Positions 39,116-48,291 of a stretch of DNA of 64,000 bases are shown one piece after another. The position numbers and the translations under genes are program-made. Origin of the DNA: Candidatus Wolfebacteria bacterium GW2011_GWA1_44_24 (GTDB lineage Bacteria; Patescibacteriota; Minisyncoccia; UBA6257; UBA9933). The DNA is taken from positions 71,501 through 135,500 of the forward strand of contig LCIO01000001.1 in NCBI GenBank assembly GCA_001001115.1, in the 5' to 3' direction. How positions within the stretch are numbered: the stretch's first letter is position 1; each line of letters opens with the position of its first letter. Below the pieces are notes generated by a model. That model saw nothing but the letters and a program-made list of their open reading frames with translations. It was not told the DNA's origin and did not search any database.

Positions 39116-39697
39116 TTATTTTGGTGCATTATAAAATTCGGTAAGAAGTTTTTTAAGTATGATAAGGGCTCGTCTGTGTCTTGATTTCACGGTATTAAGC
39201 GATTCACCGAGAGATTCGGCAATTTCTTTAAAACTGAAATGGTCGTTGTAGCGCAAGAATAGAACCATTCTGTATTTTGGCGATAATTTTTCAATAACCG
39301 ATGTCAGTATTTTTGCCATGTCGGCTTTTTCTAAAAGTTTATCGGGAAGATGAGCCGGGTCGGCAAATGTTTCTATAAACGCATTTTTTCCCTCCTCGTT
39401 TTCAAATTCCGAGAATGGAATCGTTTTTTTCTTTTTAAGATAATCAAAAGCGGTATTTTTTGAGATTGCGAAAATCCACGTTTTGAAACTTTTTTGCTGG
39501 TTAAATTTTTTAAGATTACGCCAAACTTTCACGAATGTCTCCTGCGTCACATCTTTTGCGTCCTGCCCATTACCCACATATCTGTATGTAAAACTATAAA
39601 TTGGTCTGAGATACCGCCGGATAAGAAGCTCAAGCGATTTTTCATCACCGGCAAGATAATTTACGACAAGTTGTTCGTCTAAAATGTTTTTGTTCAT
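39116..39697 (-). CDS. RNA polymerase ECF-type sigma-70 factor
   Basis: Region 2 (ETFVKVWRNLKKF...) and a region 4 HTH (SFKEIAESLGESLNTVKSRHRRAL). Confidence 0.8.
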   Translation of the reverse strand: MNKNILDEQLVVNYLAGDEKSLELLIRRYLRPIYSFTYRYVGNGQDAKDVTQETFVKVWRNLKKFNQQKSFKTWIFAISKNTAFDYLKKKKTIPFSEFENEEGKNAFIETFADPAHLPDKLLEKADMAKILTSVIEKLSPKYRMVLFLRYNDHFSFKEIAESLGESLNTVKSRHRRALIILKKLLTEFYNAPK

Positions 39698-39743
39698 TAT
39701 TACAAATAGTTTTTTAATAGATTTTTATGGAGCGACGAATTCT

Positions 39744-40967
39744 TCAGTGCCCGTGTCCGCTTTCTATCTCTCCTTTAAAAATTTTCGGGTCCTCTTCTCC
39801 TCTTACATGAAGCGTTCCCCAAGCGCCGCGGTCAAGCCGCGAGAGCGCGTGGTCAACAAGTATGTAGTTTCCCGGATAATCAAGGTGTAATTCAACCGCT
39901 GACGCGCCTCCGGCCGGAACAAGCGTTGTCTGGACGCTCTGCGCCGGAGAACTTACCAAATCCCCCTCGCGAAAAACTCTGTCAAATATCTCGCCGATAA
40001 CATGAAAACTGGAAATTAAATTAACGCCTCCATTGCCGACGTAAATTCGGATTGTTTCGCCGACTTTAGCGTTCAAATTATTCGCCAACGCTCCTGTGCG
40101 GCCGTTAAAAACAATGTATTGCGGTTTTCCGTCAAGCATCGCTTGAGCGTCAAAAAGCTGCAATCCTTCACGACCAATTGCGCCAGCGCTATAAAATTCT
40201 CCCTGCGCTACATAAAATTCACGGTCAACTTTTTCCATTCCTTCTTTCGGTTCCACAAGAATCAGGCCATACATGCCGTGCGTCATATGATTCGCGGCAT
40301 TGGGATGAGCGCAATGATATATGAAAATACCGGGATTAAGCGCTTTAAAAATTATTGTTTTGCTTTCGCCGGGCGCGACTATGGTTGCCGCGGCGCCTCC
40401 GCCCGGACCAGTCACCGCATGAAGGTCTATTGAATGGTGGTGTAAACTGGTCGGGTCATTATGGAGCGTCAGCATCACCGTGTCGCCCTCGCGCACGCGT
40501 AAAAACGGCCCCGGCACCTTGCCGTCAAATGTCCAATAGTTAAAAGTAACGCCGGGTGCCATTTCCGCTACAACCTCTTTGGCGGTTATATTTATTTCCA
40601 CATTCGCAGGTTCTTTGCGGGCAATAGGCAAAGGAATATCAGCCGGATTCCGCGCAATGTCCGCTACCCGTTCAAAACGTCTAAAATTTTTAAAAAACTC
40701 CCATACATTTTTGAAAGGAATCGCCGGTCCGTCTGACGGTCCGTATGTTTTTAGAAAAAACGGGTATTCAAAAGCGCGTGGCAATCCGTTCGGAGCGTAA
40801 AAATAAAATGAAACTCCGATAAATACAATAATCAGCGCGACTATTATTTTCCGGGAGTGGAGACGCCTTAAAACCAAATACAAAAAAAGCGCGGCAAATA
40901 TATACGCAATAAAAAGCCCTGTTGATTGAACAAGATATTGCCAAAGGTATGTTATTAATTCAAACAT
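39744..40967 (-). CDS. nirK: copper-containing nitrite reductase (NirK-type, two-domain cupredoxin) with N-terminal membrane anchor
   Basis: Type 1/type 2 Cu ligand motifs HNDPTSLHHHSIDLHAVTGPGGGA and YHCAHPNAANHMTHGMYG (Cys...His...Met), then a second cupredoxin domain and a C-terminal His-rich tail. Confidence 0.7.
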   Translation of the reverse strand: MFELITYLWQYLVQSTGLFIAYIFAALFLYLVLRRLHSRKIIVALIIVFIGVSFYFYAPNGLPRAFEYPFFLKTYGPSDGPAIPFKNVWEFFKNFRRFERVADIARNPADIPLPIARKEPANVEINITAKEVVAEMAPGVTFNYWTFDGKVPGPFLRVREGDTVMLTLHNDPTSLHHHSIDLHAVTGPGGGAAATIVAPGESKTIIFKALNPGIFIYHCAHPNAANHMTHGMYGLILVEPKEGMEKVDREFYVAQGEFYSAGAIGREGLQLFDAQAMLDGKPQYIVFNGRTGALANNLNAKVGETIRIYVGNGGVNLISSFHVIGEIFDRVFREGDLVSSPAQSVQTTLVPAGGASAVELHLDYPGNYILVDHALSRLDRGAWGTLHVRGEEDPKIFKGEIESGHGH

Positions 40968-41078
40968 ATATGATAATCAACTCCGCCGCGCGCATTAACA
41001 ATTTCAAATTTTTAATTAAGTTAATTATAACTCAAACCAGTGAATTTTTCAATTTAAGATTGTTGGAAAATTCACTGG

Positions 41079-41120
41079 CTTTGGCGGAATACAAATTCGA
41101 GCGTGTAAAGCACGCACAAA
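41079..41120. repeat. 42 nt perfect direct repeat, copy 1
   Basis: CTTTGGCGGAATACAAATTCGAGCGTGTAAAGCACGCACAAA is identical to 43553-43594. It contains the hairpin GCGTG-TAAAG-CACGC. Confidence 0.8.
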
Positions 41121-41130
41121 ATAATTATTT

Positions 41131-41169
41131 CAAAAAATAATGGGTCGGAACGAGTAATCGTTCCGACCC
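41131..41169 (-). terminator. rho-independent terminator of the GC-rich lipoprotein gene
   Basis: 11 bp stem GGGTCGGAACG / CGTTCCGACCC followed on the minus strand by a U-run. Confidence 0.55.
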
Positions 41170-41180
41170 ATGGCGAATCT

Positions 41181-41573
41181 CTACTGCACTTCAACGACTT
41201 CTGGAAAGAAATTGTGCGACTCAAGCTTGCCGTCCTTCGTGATCGTGATTCGCAGAAATTCTGGAAGAATTTGCCGCTCGACGATGATCTCACGCGGCGC
41301 GACTTCTATGACCTCCGTAATGTCCTGCGGAACCTTGTATTGACTACGATCTCCTTCGCCGCGAGCGGAAAATGTGATCTCGTAGGTGCCCCTCTCGTAG
41401 AACCGGAAAATCAAATAGTCATTAGTGCCACGTACACTACTCTGCCGTTTGTATTCGGCGATGACAGCGCCATGGAAGTATGAGCGCCTGCTCATAAAAA
41501 ACTCCTCATAACAGCCCGCTAAAAACGCGACACCAATAAGGAGTCCTATAAACAGCGATAGTTTCCGACTCAT
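41181..41573 (-). CDS. hypothetical lipoprotein (GC-rich gene)
   Basis: Lipobox LAGC after a signal peptide. Its GC content is markedly higher than that of the neighbouring core genes. Confidence 0.45.
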   Translation of the reverse strand: MSRKLSLFIGLLIGVAFLAGCYEEFFMSRRSYFHGAVIAEYKRQSSVRGTNDYLIFRFYERGTYEITFSARGEGDRSQYKVPQDITEVIEVAPREIIVERQILPEFLRITITKDGKLESHNFFPEVVEVQ

Positions 41574-41838
41574 TGCTACCTCCTTTTTTAGGTTAGGAAT
41601 GTACTTTCACAATCTAAGCACCATGCTTAAATTTGATTTAAAGATAGCATATTACACAATAAAAGTCAAGAAGCGGCAAGTCGCCGCAAGGGTTCCTTTG
41701 TCCACTTGTAAAATCCTAATTGGCGGTGTGAATCGGTCTAGAACCTTGCTTATGTAAGTATTGCAAGGTTTTCTTGGGGTCTTTTCCGGGGTACAATTTG
41801 ATGGAGGTCGGTCAGGTTCTCTATTCAAACCGGTTGAT

Positions 41839-43389
41839 TTATTTACACTCCGCCGGCGGCAAAGTTGAAGAACTAAAAGGATATTTGGGATTTTTTTCGA
41901 TTGCAAAACCGTTGGCGTCCCATCCTATGAATTTGGAACAATCAATGCGACCCCCCGCTGGTCTGGCGACGGGCGCATCCTTGCAACAACAATTTGAATC
42001 GTTCTGCCATCCCTTCGGAATCAAATAATCATAACAGGCTTGTTTATTCTGAATACACAAGAAATCTCTGGACGTATCCGAACACGCTTGTTGCGAAGTC
42101 GCCGGGGAATATCTGTCCGTTCCGCATATTACTTTGCATTGAGCTTCTTTTGGATCGACTGGCGCCGGTGGCGCTCCCGGCGGCTCGGGATCGGGTTTTG
42201 GAGATACAGACGGCGACTTTGATGAAGGTGAATCACCAATATAACGAGGCAGCGGCAAACAAGTAATAGGTATCAAAAAATCCCAGTACGTGGCTATACT
42301 ATCGTCGTATTGACCAACAAGAACCTTTTTTCCGTCAGGAGAGTCAATATACAAATTCTCCCGCCATTTATAGCTAAAGATGGCGTTCCATTTCATGTAT
42401 CCTATGCGGCCAAAGTCTTTTCCGTAATTCATTATGTCCAGTTTTCTTCCACCCTCCTTCTCGCATGTGAAGTATGGCGCATCGGTCCACATCAATTCGC
42501 CGGGCTTTATGATGAATTCTGCCGGCATGTCCTCCACGGTTGCCGGGGAAATAACCGGAAACTTCGTCGGCGCGGAGAATGTCCCTTGATTAACCATTAG
42601 ATCTTCTATCGCGCCCCGTTCTATTAAGGTTAGGCGCCGGGAAAGCGGGGCTGTCGGAGAACTGTCTTTTGCCTGCAGTTTAATGGCCCGAATTTCCATT
42701 ATGTGCTCAATGGTGGTTCTTGCTTTAAAGCCTGATCTGACAAAATAAGCCGGCTCTTCTTCACTGATTACCTCAACTTCTCCTATCGCGGCCGCAGTCT
42801 TGCCGGCGCCAAAAATTTCAAAAAGTACGCTGGGGTGAAATTCCGCGGCGTATACCGAAGAAAAACCGCTAATCGGAGCCTTCACGGTCATTTTGCCGCT
42901 TCCGAGGTCAACAACGCCCTTTTGGTTTTCAAGCGGTTTTAGCGAATCGGAATGTGCATGATAAAGCTGAACAAGACGAATGCCATTTCCTTTTCCGTCC
43001 GACATCGGCTCTTTTTTAACCCCCATTGAAACGGAAATAACGACGGGTTTTTTAAATTCGAGGCCGTCCGGTTCCAGGCGATACGCCGTTACTACTCCCT
43101 CAATTTCCTCCGGGCTTATTTTAATAATCGAGATGTCTCTCAAAGAAACACCTTTTGGGAGGGCATCCTTTGGAATTTCCAAAGAAGCCTCCCCATCGTC
43201 GGAAACAATAGTTTGCGTTTTTGGCTTTAAAATGAAAAATATGATTATCAAAATAACTGCGAGAAAAATGATAATGGCAATAAAAAATTTTTTTTCTTTA
43301 AGCCAATTTGCCATACAAGTTATTTTATCGTATTTTGCCGTAATAAGACAATAAGGACTCAGCGCCCGGTCTCTCAAATGAATGCTCAA
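41839..43389 (-). CDS. hypothetical membrane-anchored/secreted protein with a Cys-rich C-terminal domain and a Pro-rich linker
   Basis: 516 aa; TM near the N-terminus (FFIAIIIFLAVILIIIFFIL), a PKPDPEPPGAPPAPVDP linker, and more than 12 Cys in the last 90 aa. Confidence 0.35.
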   Translation of the reverse strand: MSIHLRDRALSPYCLITAKYDKITCMANWLKEKKFFIAIIIFLAVILIIIFFILKPKTQTIVSDDGEASLEIPKDALPKGVSLRDISIIKISPEEIEGVVTAYRLEPDGLEFKKPVVISVSMGVKKEPMSDGKGNGIRLVQLYHAHSDSLKPLENQKGVVDLGSGKMTVKAPISGFSSVYAAEFHPSVLFEIFGAGKTAAAIGEVEVISEEEPAYFVRSGFKARTTIEHIMEIRAIKLQAKDSSPTAPLSRRLTLIERGAIEDLMVNQGTFSAPTKFPVISPATVEDMPAEFIIKPGELMWTDAPYFTCEKEGGRKLDIMNYGKDFGRIGYMKWNAIFSYKWRENLYIDSPDGKKVLVGQYDDSIATYWDFLIPITCLPLPRYIGDSPSSKSPSVSPKPDPEPPGAPPAPVDPKEAQCKVICGTDRYSPATSQQACSDTSRDFLCIQNKQACYDYLIPKGWQNDSNCCCKDAPVARPAGGRIDCSKFIGWDANGFAIEKNPKYPFSSSTLPPAECK

Positions 43390-43552
43390 TCCTGCGGTGT
43401 GTATTTGAAAAAATCCGGAATGATTTTGCGCGCGATTGACTCGGCAGGCGGAATTCCCCCATACCCCCTTCTGCCCACCTCGCCTTGCCTGCCCGACCGA
43501 AATTCGTGAGTGAAAGCGGGAACCGGAGCGGAAAGGACAATTTCAAGTTTTT

Positions 43553-43594
43553 CTTTGGCGGAATACAAATTCGAGCGTGTAAAGCACGCACAAA
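43553..43594. repeat. 42 nt perfect direct repeat, copy 2
   Basis: Identical to 41079-41120. It lies about 80 nt downstream of the stop of the GC-rich gene at 43675-44361. Confidence 0.8.
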
Positions 43595-43674
43595 TAGTTC
43601 TTTCAAATTCAAAAAGAAAAGAGGCGGGAAGATTTCTCTTACCCGCCCCCGATGTCGCCCAGCATGAGTGTCGG

Positions 43675-44361
43675 CTATGCCGGAACTTTGACCCGTTGAG
43701 ACGCGAACACTTGCCGTAAGTCGCCGTAGGTTTTAACCTCCTTCGGGAACAGCACCCGCAGGTGGCAACCTCGGCACACGATCGCGTCGTGCGTACTGGT
43801 CGCCCTTCGGCGATCTATCCAGCAGTTGCAATGCATGTGCACGCCGACGCACGAACCGAGATCATTCTCGTCCCGCGTGTGCTTGACGAAATACTCGGAA
43901 CCGAACGCGAGTGTTCTCGGAGGGTACTCGCGTAAAAGGTCGCCTTCGAGTGTGAGCTGGATCGGCTCAAGCGGAACGCTTCGCTCGACCTCTTCAGCCA
44001 TCATCTCGATGAGCTTCTCGCGATCTTCGTTTTGTCGCGAAGAGCCGTAGACCGCGCGCTGAAGCGCACAGTCGAGCCAGCCCGTCGCGAAGTAGTTATC
44101 GCCGTCTTCCTCGCTCACCACCTTGAACGGACAGAGGCTGTTGATCGGGTACGTCTCGCCCGTGTTGCTGCCGTCCTGGTCACGGTAATGGCCGACGAGT
44201 TTCCCTGGTGCCACCTTTTTCGGATTGAAGCCAGCGGCGGAAACGGTGTCGAAGAGGACTTGCACCTCGTCTGCCGGAAGCGTTTTGACCTCGTCCCATC
44301 GCTTGTACTTCAGGGTGAGATCCACGAACCGCGTTGCTACGTCTGTCATTTTGCTCGGCAT
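43675..44361 (-). CDS. hypothetical protein, strongly GC-rich, with a C-terminal Cys/His cluster (HNH- or zinc-ribbon-like)
   Basis: 228 aa; C-terminal GVHMHCNCWIDRRRATSTHDAIVCRGCH. GC content is far above the window average, suggesting foreign origin. Confidence 0.3.
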   Translation of the reverse strand: MPSKMTDVATRFVDLTLKYKRWDEVKTLPADEVQVLFDTVSAAGFNPKKVAPGKLVGHYRDQDGSNTGETYPINSLCPFKVVSEEDGDNYFATGWLDCALQRAVYGSSRQNEDREKLIEMMAEEVERSVPLEPIQLTLEGDLLREYPPRTLAFGSEYFVKHTRDENDLGSCVGVHMHCNCWIDRRRATSTHDAIVCRGCHLRVLFPKEVKTYGDLRQVFASQRVKVPA

Positions 44362-44544
44362 TTTTGCCTCCTTTCTCTTTGGGTTTGGGAATGTGCTACT
44401 CAGCTAACAATCTAACATTATGTTTAATGAATTGTCAAACGAAAACAAAAACTCTTTCGAGTCTTTGTTTCTAAAAAATCAGAATGAAAAAATTCCTTTC
44501 GCCCTTACAAAATATGGTTCGAGCCAATGACTTCATTTCCCAAC

Positions 44545-44634
44545 TGGCGGAGGCGAGAGGATTCGAACCTCTGAGGCCGATTAAGGCCTATCCGCTTTCC
44601 AAGCGGACGCACTAGACCGCTATGCGACGCCTCC
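44545..44634 (-). tRNA. tRNA-Ser (anticodon GGA), long variable arm, CCA encoded
   Basis: Acceptor GGAGGCG/CGCCTCC, anticodon stem TCCGC/GCGGA with loop TTGGAAA, variable arm GGCCTTAATCGGCCTC, and T arm AGAGG-TTCGAAT-CCTCT. Confidence 0.85.
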
Positions 44635-44640
44635 TTATTT

Positions 44641-44985
44641 TTATGCCGCCGTATCCGACCGGTCGGAATTTTCTTCCCGTTCTTTGCTTTTTCTGTATCC
44701 TTTTAAAGCGATGATTTTATTTTTAAGCAAACCGGCGAGCGCGTAGCTTGATTCCGAAACGTCTTCGCCTTCTTTTCTTAGATTTTCCAGTTCTTCCGTT
44801 CTTTTATCGACGTCTTCCTCGGTCAAAATACCGCCGAAGAATTTACCGATTAAATCAGCGTCGGCGATTTCAATTTTTCCGCAATTTATTTCCTGCCAAT
44901 GGGGGTCATTGCCGGTTTTTCCGCGCAAATTATTGCACAAAAACTGCCCGCTGTTTAAATTTTCAAAATTGCTTTCAATCGCCAT
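44641..44985 (-). CDS. hypothetical protein
   Basis: 114 aa, acidic, no motif. Confidence 0.3.
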   Translation of the reverse strand: MAIESNFENLNSGQFLCNNLRGKTGNDPHWQEINCGKIEIADADLIGKFFGGILTEEDVDKRTEELENLRKEGEDVSESSYALAGLLKNKIIALKGYRKSKEREENSDRSDTAA

Positions 44986-45000
44986 ATTTTTATCCCCCGC

Positions 45001-45873
45001 CTATTTCATTTCTCTTAAAATTTTTATCCGCTCTTCGACCGGCGGATGCGTAAGAAATAATTTGTGCAACCAAAAAATTTTATTCTCTTCCTTAAACGGA
45101 TTATCCAGCCAGAGGTGAGCGGTGGCGTCATTGGCCACTTTCATCGGCGACCTGTCGGAAGAAATTTTTTCCAAAGCCGTTGCCAGATTTTCGGGACGAT
45201 TGGTGAGCAAAGCGCCGGAAGCGTCGGCCAAAAATTCTCTTTTTCTGGAAATCGCCAAACGAATTAAAAGAGCCGCAACCGGCGCCAAAATCGCCAAAAT
45301 CACGCCGATAATCATCAAAACCCCCTGCGTTTGGCCGTTATTTCTGTCGTCGCGCCTTTTGAAACCGCCGAACATAAGCGACCTCAAAAAAATATTGGAA
45401 AGAATGGAAATAAATCCCGCCAAAACCACCGCTGCCGTTGAAATCAGCATATCATGATTTCCAATATGCGACAATTCATGGGCCAAAACGCCTTCCAATT
45501 CGCTGCGATTAAGTTTTTCCAATAATCCTTTGGTAACCGCCACCGCCGCATGTTTGGAATTTCGGCCCGTAGCAAAAGCGTTCGGTTGATTCTCCGGAAC
45601 CAGATAAATTTTCGGCATCGCTAAATTGGCGTTCGTCGCCAGTTTTTCAACGATATCATATATCTCCGGCATATCTTTTTTATCGATAGGCGTTGCTCTT
45701 GCCATTTTCAAGACCAATTTATCGCTGAACCAATAAGCGATAACATTCATCAAAACGCTGAAAATTACGGAAAAATACAAAATCCCCCGATTGCCGTAAA
45801 CTTGGGAAAAAAACCAGCCGATTGCGATAACGACAATCAAAAAAATAGTGAATAGCAGCCAAGTTCTTCTCAT
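45001..45873 (-). CDS. htpX: zinc metalloprotease HtpX (M48)
   Basis: HELSHIGNHD (HExxH), TM topology and the downstream Glu motif typical of HtpX. Confidence 0.8.
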   Translation of the reverse strand: MRRTWLLFTIFLIVVIAIGWFFSQVYGNRGILYFSVIFSVLMNVIAYWFSDKLVLKMARATPIDKKDMPEIYDIVEKLATNANLAMPKIYLVPENQPNAFATGRNSKHAAVAVTKGLLEKLNRSELEGVLAHELSHIGNHDMLISTAAVVLAGFISILSNIFLRSLMFGGFKRRDDRNNGQTQGVLMIIGVILAILAPVAALLIRLAISRKREFLADASGALLTNRPENLATALEKISSDRSPMKVANDATAHLWLDNPFKEENKIFWLHKLFLTHPPVEERIKILREMK

Positions 45874-46889
45874 AATCTGACAATGTCTTTTATCGTAATC
45901 GCGATCATCAACAATATCAAAAAAACCAAGCCAATGGTGTTGGCAAGTTTTTCGGTTCTGGGATTCAAAGACGAACCTTTTATTTTTTCAATCGCCAAAA
46001 AGAATAAACGGCCGCCGTCCAACGCCGGAAAAGGCAAAATATTGATAACCGCCAAATTCAACGAAATCAAAGCCAGGAGCTGAATTAAATAAGCAAAGCC
46101 CAATGTGCCGGCCTGAGCCGTTATCTTCACGATGCCGATCGGTCCGGTAACGGATTCCAAAGACGCTTTGCCGACAAAAACTCCGGCAATCAATTTTGTG
46201 ATGGACATAAAAATCGCTTTTACGAGTTCACTCGAGGTTTTCAATCCTTCCCAAAAACTCGCCAGCGGATTTTTCTTTTGCAAGCCGACGTCAATCAAGC
46301 CCACTCCCAAAGCGCCTTCGTTGACCGGCGGATTGATTCTCGGCGTTGTTTTGAAATTTAAAATTTTTCCGTCCCTTTCAATTCGCAAAACAATATTTTT
46401 CCCTTGCTGCTCATTGATATATTTGATAAATTCGTCGGTTTTTTGAAAATCGATTATTTTATCTCCGGCCAAAATTCCGACTTCTTGAGCCGGACTGTTT
46501 TTTTTAATTTCGGTGATTACCACCGCCTGGGGCAATCCAACGGCGAAGACGATTGAAAACGCCAGCCAGCCGAGCAAAAAATTAAACAAAACGCCGGAAA
46601 AAAGAACAATTGCTCTTTGCCAGATTTTCAAATTTATAAAACTTCTCTCTCTGTTCTGTCCCGCCTCCAAATTATCCTCGCCGAAAATTTTTACGAATCC
46701 TCCAAAAGGTAAAGCGTTAAAACTATAAGTCGTTTCTCCGATTTTCTTGCTGAAAATTTTCGGCGGCAAACCGAACCCGAATTCTTCCACCAAAAGACCA
46801 AATTTTTTGGCAAATAAAAAATGCCCCAATTCGTGGACTAAAATCAAAATTGAAAGAAAAATTACGACGAAAATAATGCCGATTAACAT
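45870..46889 (-). CDS. rseP: RIP metalloprotease RseP (site-2 protease, M50 with PDZ)
   Basis: LVHELGHFLFAKKFG (HExxH in TM1), a central PDZ domain, and C-terminal LDGG (NPDG-like). Confidence 0.75.
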   Translation of the reverse strand: MLIGIIFVVIFLSILILVHELGHFLFAKKFGLLVEEFGFGLPPKIFSKKIGETTYSFNALPFGGFVKIFGEDNLEAGQNRERSFINLKIWQRAIVLFSGVLFNFLLGWLAFSIVFAVGLPQAVVITEIKKNSPAQEVGILAGDKIIDFQKTDEFIKYINEQQGKNIVLRIERDGKILNFKTTPRINPPVNEGALGVGLIDVGLQKKNPLASFWEGLKTSSELVKAIFMSITKLIAGVFVGKASLESVTGPIGIVKITAQAGTLGFAYLIQLLALISLNLAVINILPFPALDGGRLFFLAIEKIKGSSLNPRTEKLANTIGLVFLILLMIAITIKDIVRL

Positions 46890-46890
46890 A

Positions 46891-47421
46891 TTACTCCTTT
46901 ATTTCCTTAATCTTATTCTCCACCATTTTATCAATTTCTTCGTTCGCCTTATCCACTTCTTTTTGCGCCTGTTCTTTCAATTTAAACTTATTGTCTTCGC
47001 TGATTTCTTTTTCTTCAAATTGACGGCTGATTTCTTTGTTGGCTTCGTCGCGCAAGTGGCGGATTTTAATTCTTGTTTCTTCGGCTTCTTTTTTAACAAC
47101 TTTCATCAATTCCTGCCGTCTTTCCTCGGAAAGCGGCGGAAGATTGATTCTTATCAAATTTCCTTCAACGTTGGCGTTTAAATTTAAATTGGAAGATTCA
47201 ATGGCTTTGACAACCGGCGAAACCGCCTGTTTGTCCCAGACGGAAATCTGAATTTCCCGCGGCAAAACGATGCTGATGGAACCTAATTGTTTGACCGGAA
47301 GTTTCTGTCCGAAATAATCGGCTTTTATGTCTTCCACTAACCGCGGCAAAAGCCGGCCGCCGCGCAAACCAGCCAATTGCTCTTTAAAATATTTCAAAAT
47401 CTCGGCAATTTTATTTTCCAT
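46891..47421 (-). CDS. frr: ribosome recycling factor
   Basis: Clear RRF fold sequence (...LLPRLVEDIKADYFGQKLPVKQLGSISIV...RINLPPLSEERRQELMK...). I placed the start at MENKIAEI (47421). Confidence 0.85.
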   Translation of the reverse strand: MENKIAEILKYFKEQLAGLRGGRLLPRLVEDIKADYFGQKLPVKQLGSISIVLPREIQISVWDKQAVSPVVKAIESSNLNLNANVEGNLIRINLPPLSEERRQELMKVVKKEAEETRIKIRHLRDEANKEISRQFEEKEISEDNKFKLKEQAQKEVDKANEEIDKMVENKIKEIKE

Positions 47422-47432
47422 AGACGCGATGG

Positions 47433-47612
47433 TTACCATAAAAACCTGATAATCGGCCCCCAAAAAGGATCGCCGCGAAACGCCGAAAAAACATCCGGCA
47501 ATTTATGCCAATACTGGTTAATAAACAATATCAGGAATCCGCCCCATATCGCAATCATAACTATGATAACGCCACCGGGGGCGCCAGGTTCTTTTTTATC
47601 ATTATTTAACAT
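47433..47612 (-). CDS. small hypothetical membrane protein (59 aa), hand-called
   Basis: Minus ORF MLNNDKKEPGAPGGVIIVMIAIWGGFLILFINQYWHKLPDVFSAFRGDPFWGPIIRFLW with one TM segment. It is below the ORF-track cutoff and lies between frr and the holB-like gene. Confidence 0.25.
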   Translation of the reverse strand: MLNNDKKEPGAPGGVIIVMIAIWGGFLILFINQYWHKLPDVFSAFRGDPFWGPIIRFLW

Positions 47613-48291
47613 ATTTCATCAGCGTTTTTAATTGAAGTTTTTTATTGACATTGAGCATCTTTATCAACGTCAATCTTCTTAAAGTTTCTTTGAGACTGTT
47701 TAAATTTTTAACCGGATCGCGCCGAAGATTCAAAATTAAAGATTCAAAAAATTGGTCAATCTGATTATTTTCAACGATTTTTTCAACCGAAGTTTTTGAT
47801 AAATCAACGCGTTCCCGCATTAAATCCTCCTTGAACCGCGTGAATGAAAAATAAATTTTCTGCAATCGGGAAATCAGCGCCGGCAGAAAAAAATCTTCGC
47901 TCTTGGCAATGAAAATCATTAACGACTGCGGCGGCGGTTCTTCGGCAATTTTTAAAATAGCATTCTGGGCCTCATTGGTCAAATTCTCGGCATTTCTGAC
48001 AATAACCGTTCTCTTTTCCGAAAGCACCGGCTTTTGGCTTAAAAAATGCAGCAAACTTCTGATTTTATCGATACCGATTGTTTCTTTTTCATCGGGCGAA
48101 ATAATCAAACTTTCCTGGAGAATCGCGTTTTCAGCCGGCAACTCGAAAATCCCTTTTTCAAAAAAATTGGCTAAAGATAAAACAAAATCAGAACCCGCTT
48201 GAACATCGCCGAAAAAAAGATAAGCGTGAAATAATCTATCGCTTGCAATCAGTCTTTTAAAATCTTTTGTGAGTTTTTTGTTATCTATCAT
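47602..48291 (-). CDS. holB: DNA polymerase III delta-prime-like subunit (no intact P-loop)
   Basis: 229 aa; LFHAYLFFGDVQAGSDF resembles the delta-prime HAYLF.G region without Walker A. Confidence 0.45.
   Translation of the reverse strand: MIDNKKLTKDFKRLIASDRLFHAYLFFGDVQAGSDFVLSLANFFEKGIFELPAENAILQESLIISPDEKETIGIDKIRSLLHFLSQKPVLSEKRTVIVRNAENLTNEAQNAILKIAEEPPPQSLMIFIAKSEDFFLPALISRLQKIYFSFTRFKEDLMRERVDLSKTSVEKIVENNQIDQFFESLILNLRRDPVKNLNSLKETLRRLTLIKMLNVNKKLQLKTLMKYVK

Noticed and set aside
41079-43594. CRISPR array or integron attC interpretation of the 42 nt direct repeats.
   Set aside because: There are only two copies, separated by 2.4 kb of coding DNA. There is no regular short spacer pattern, no cas genes, and no attC-like R''/L'' core (GTTRRRY) or intI nearby.
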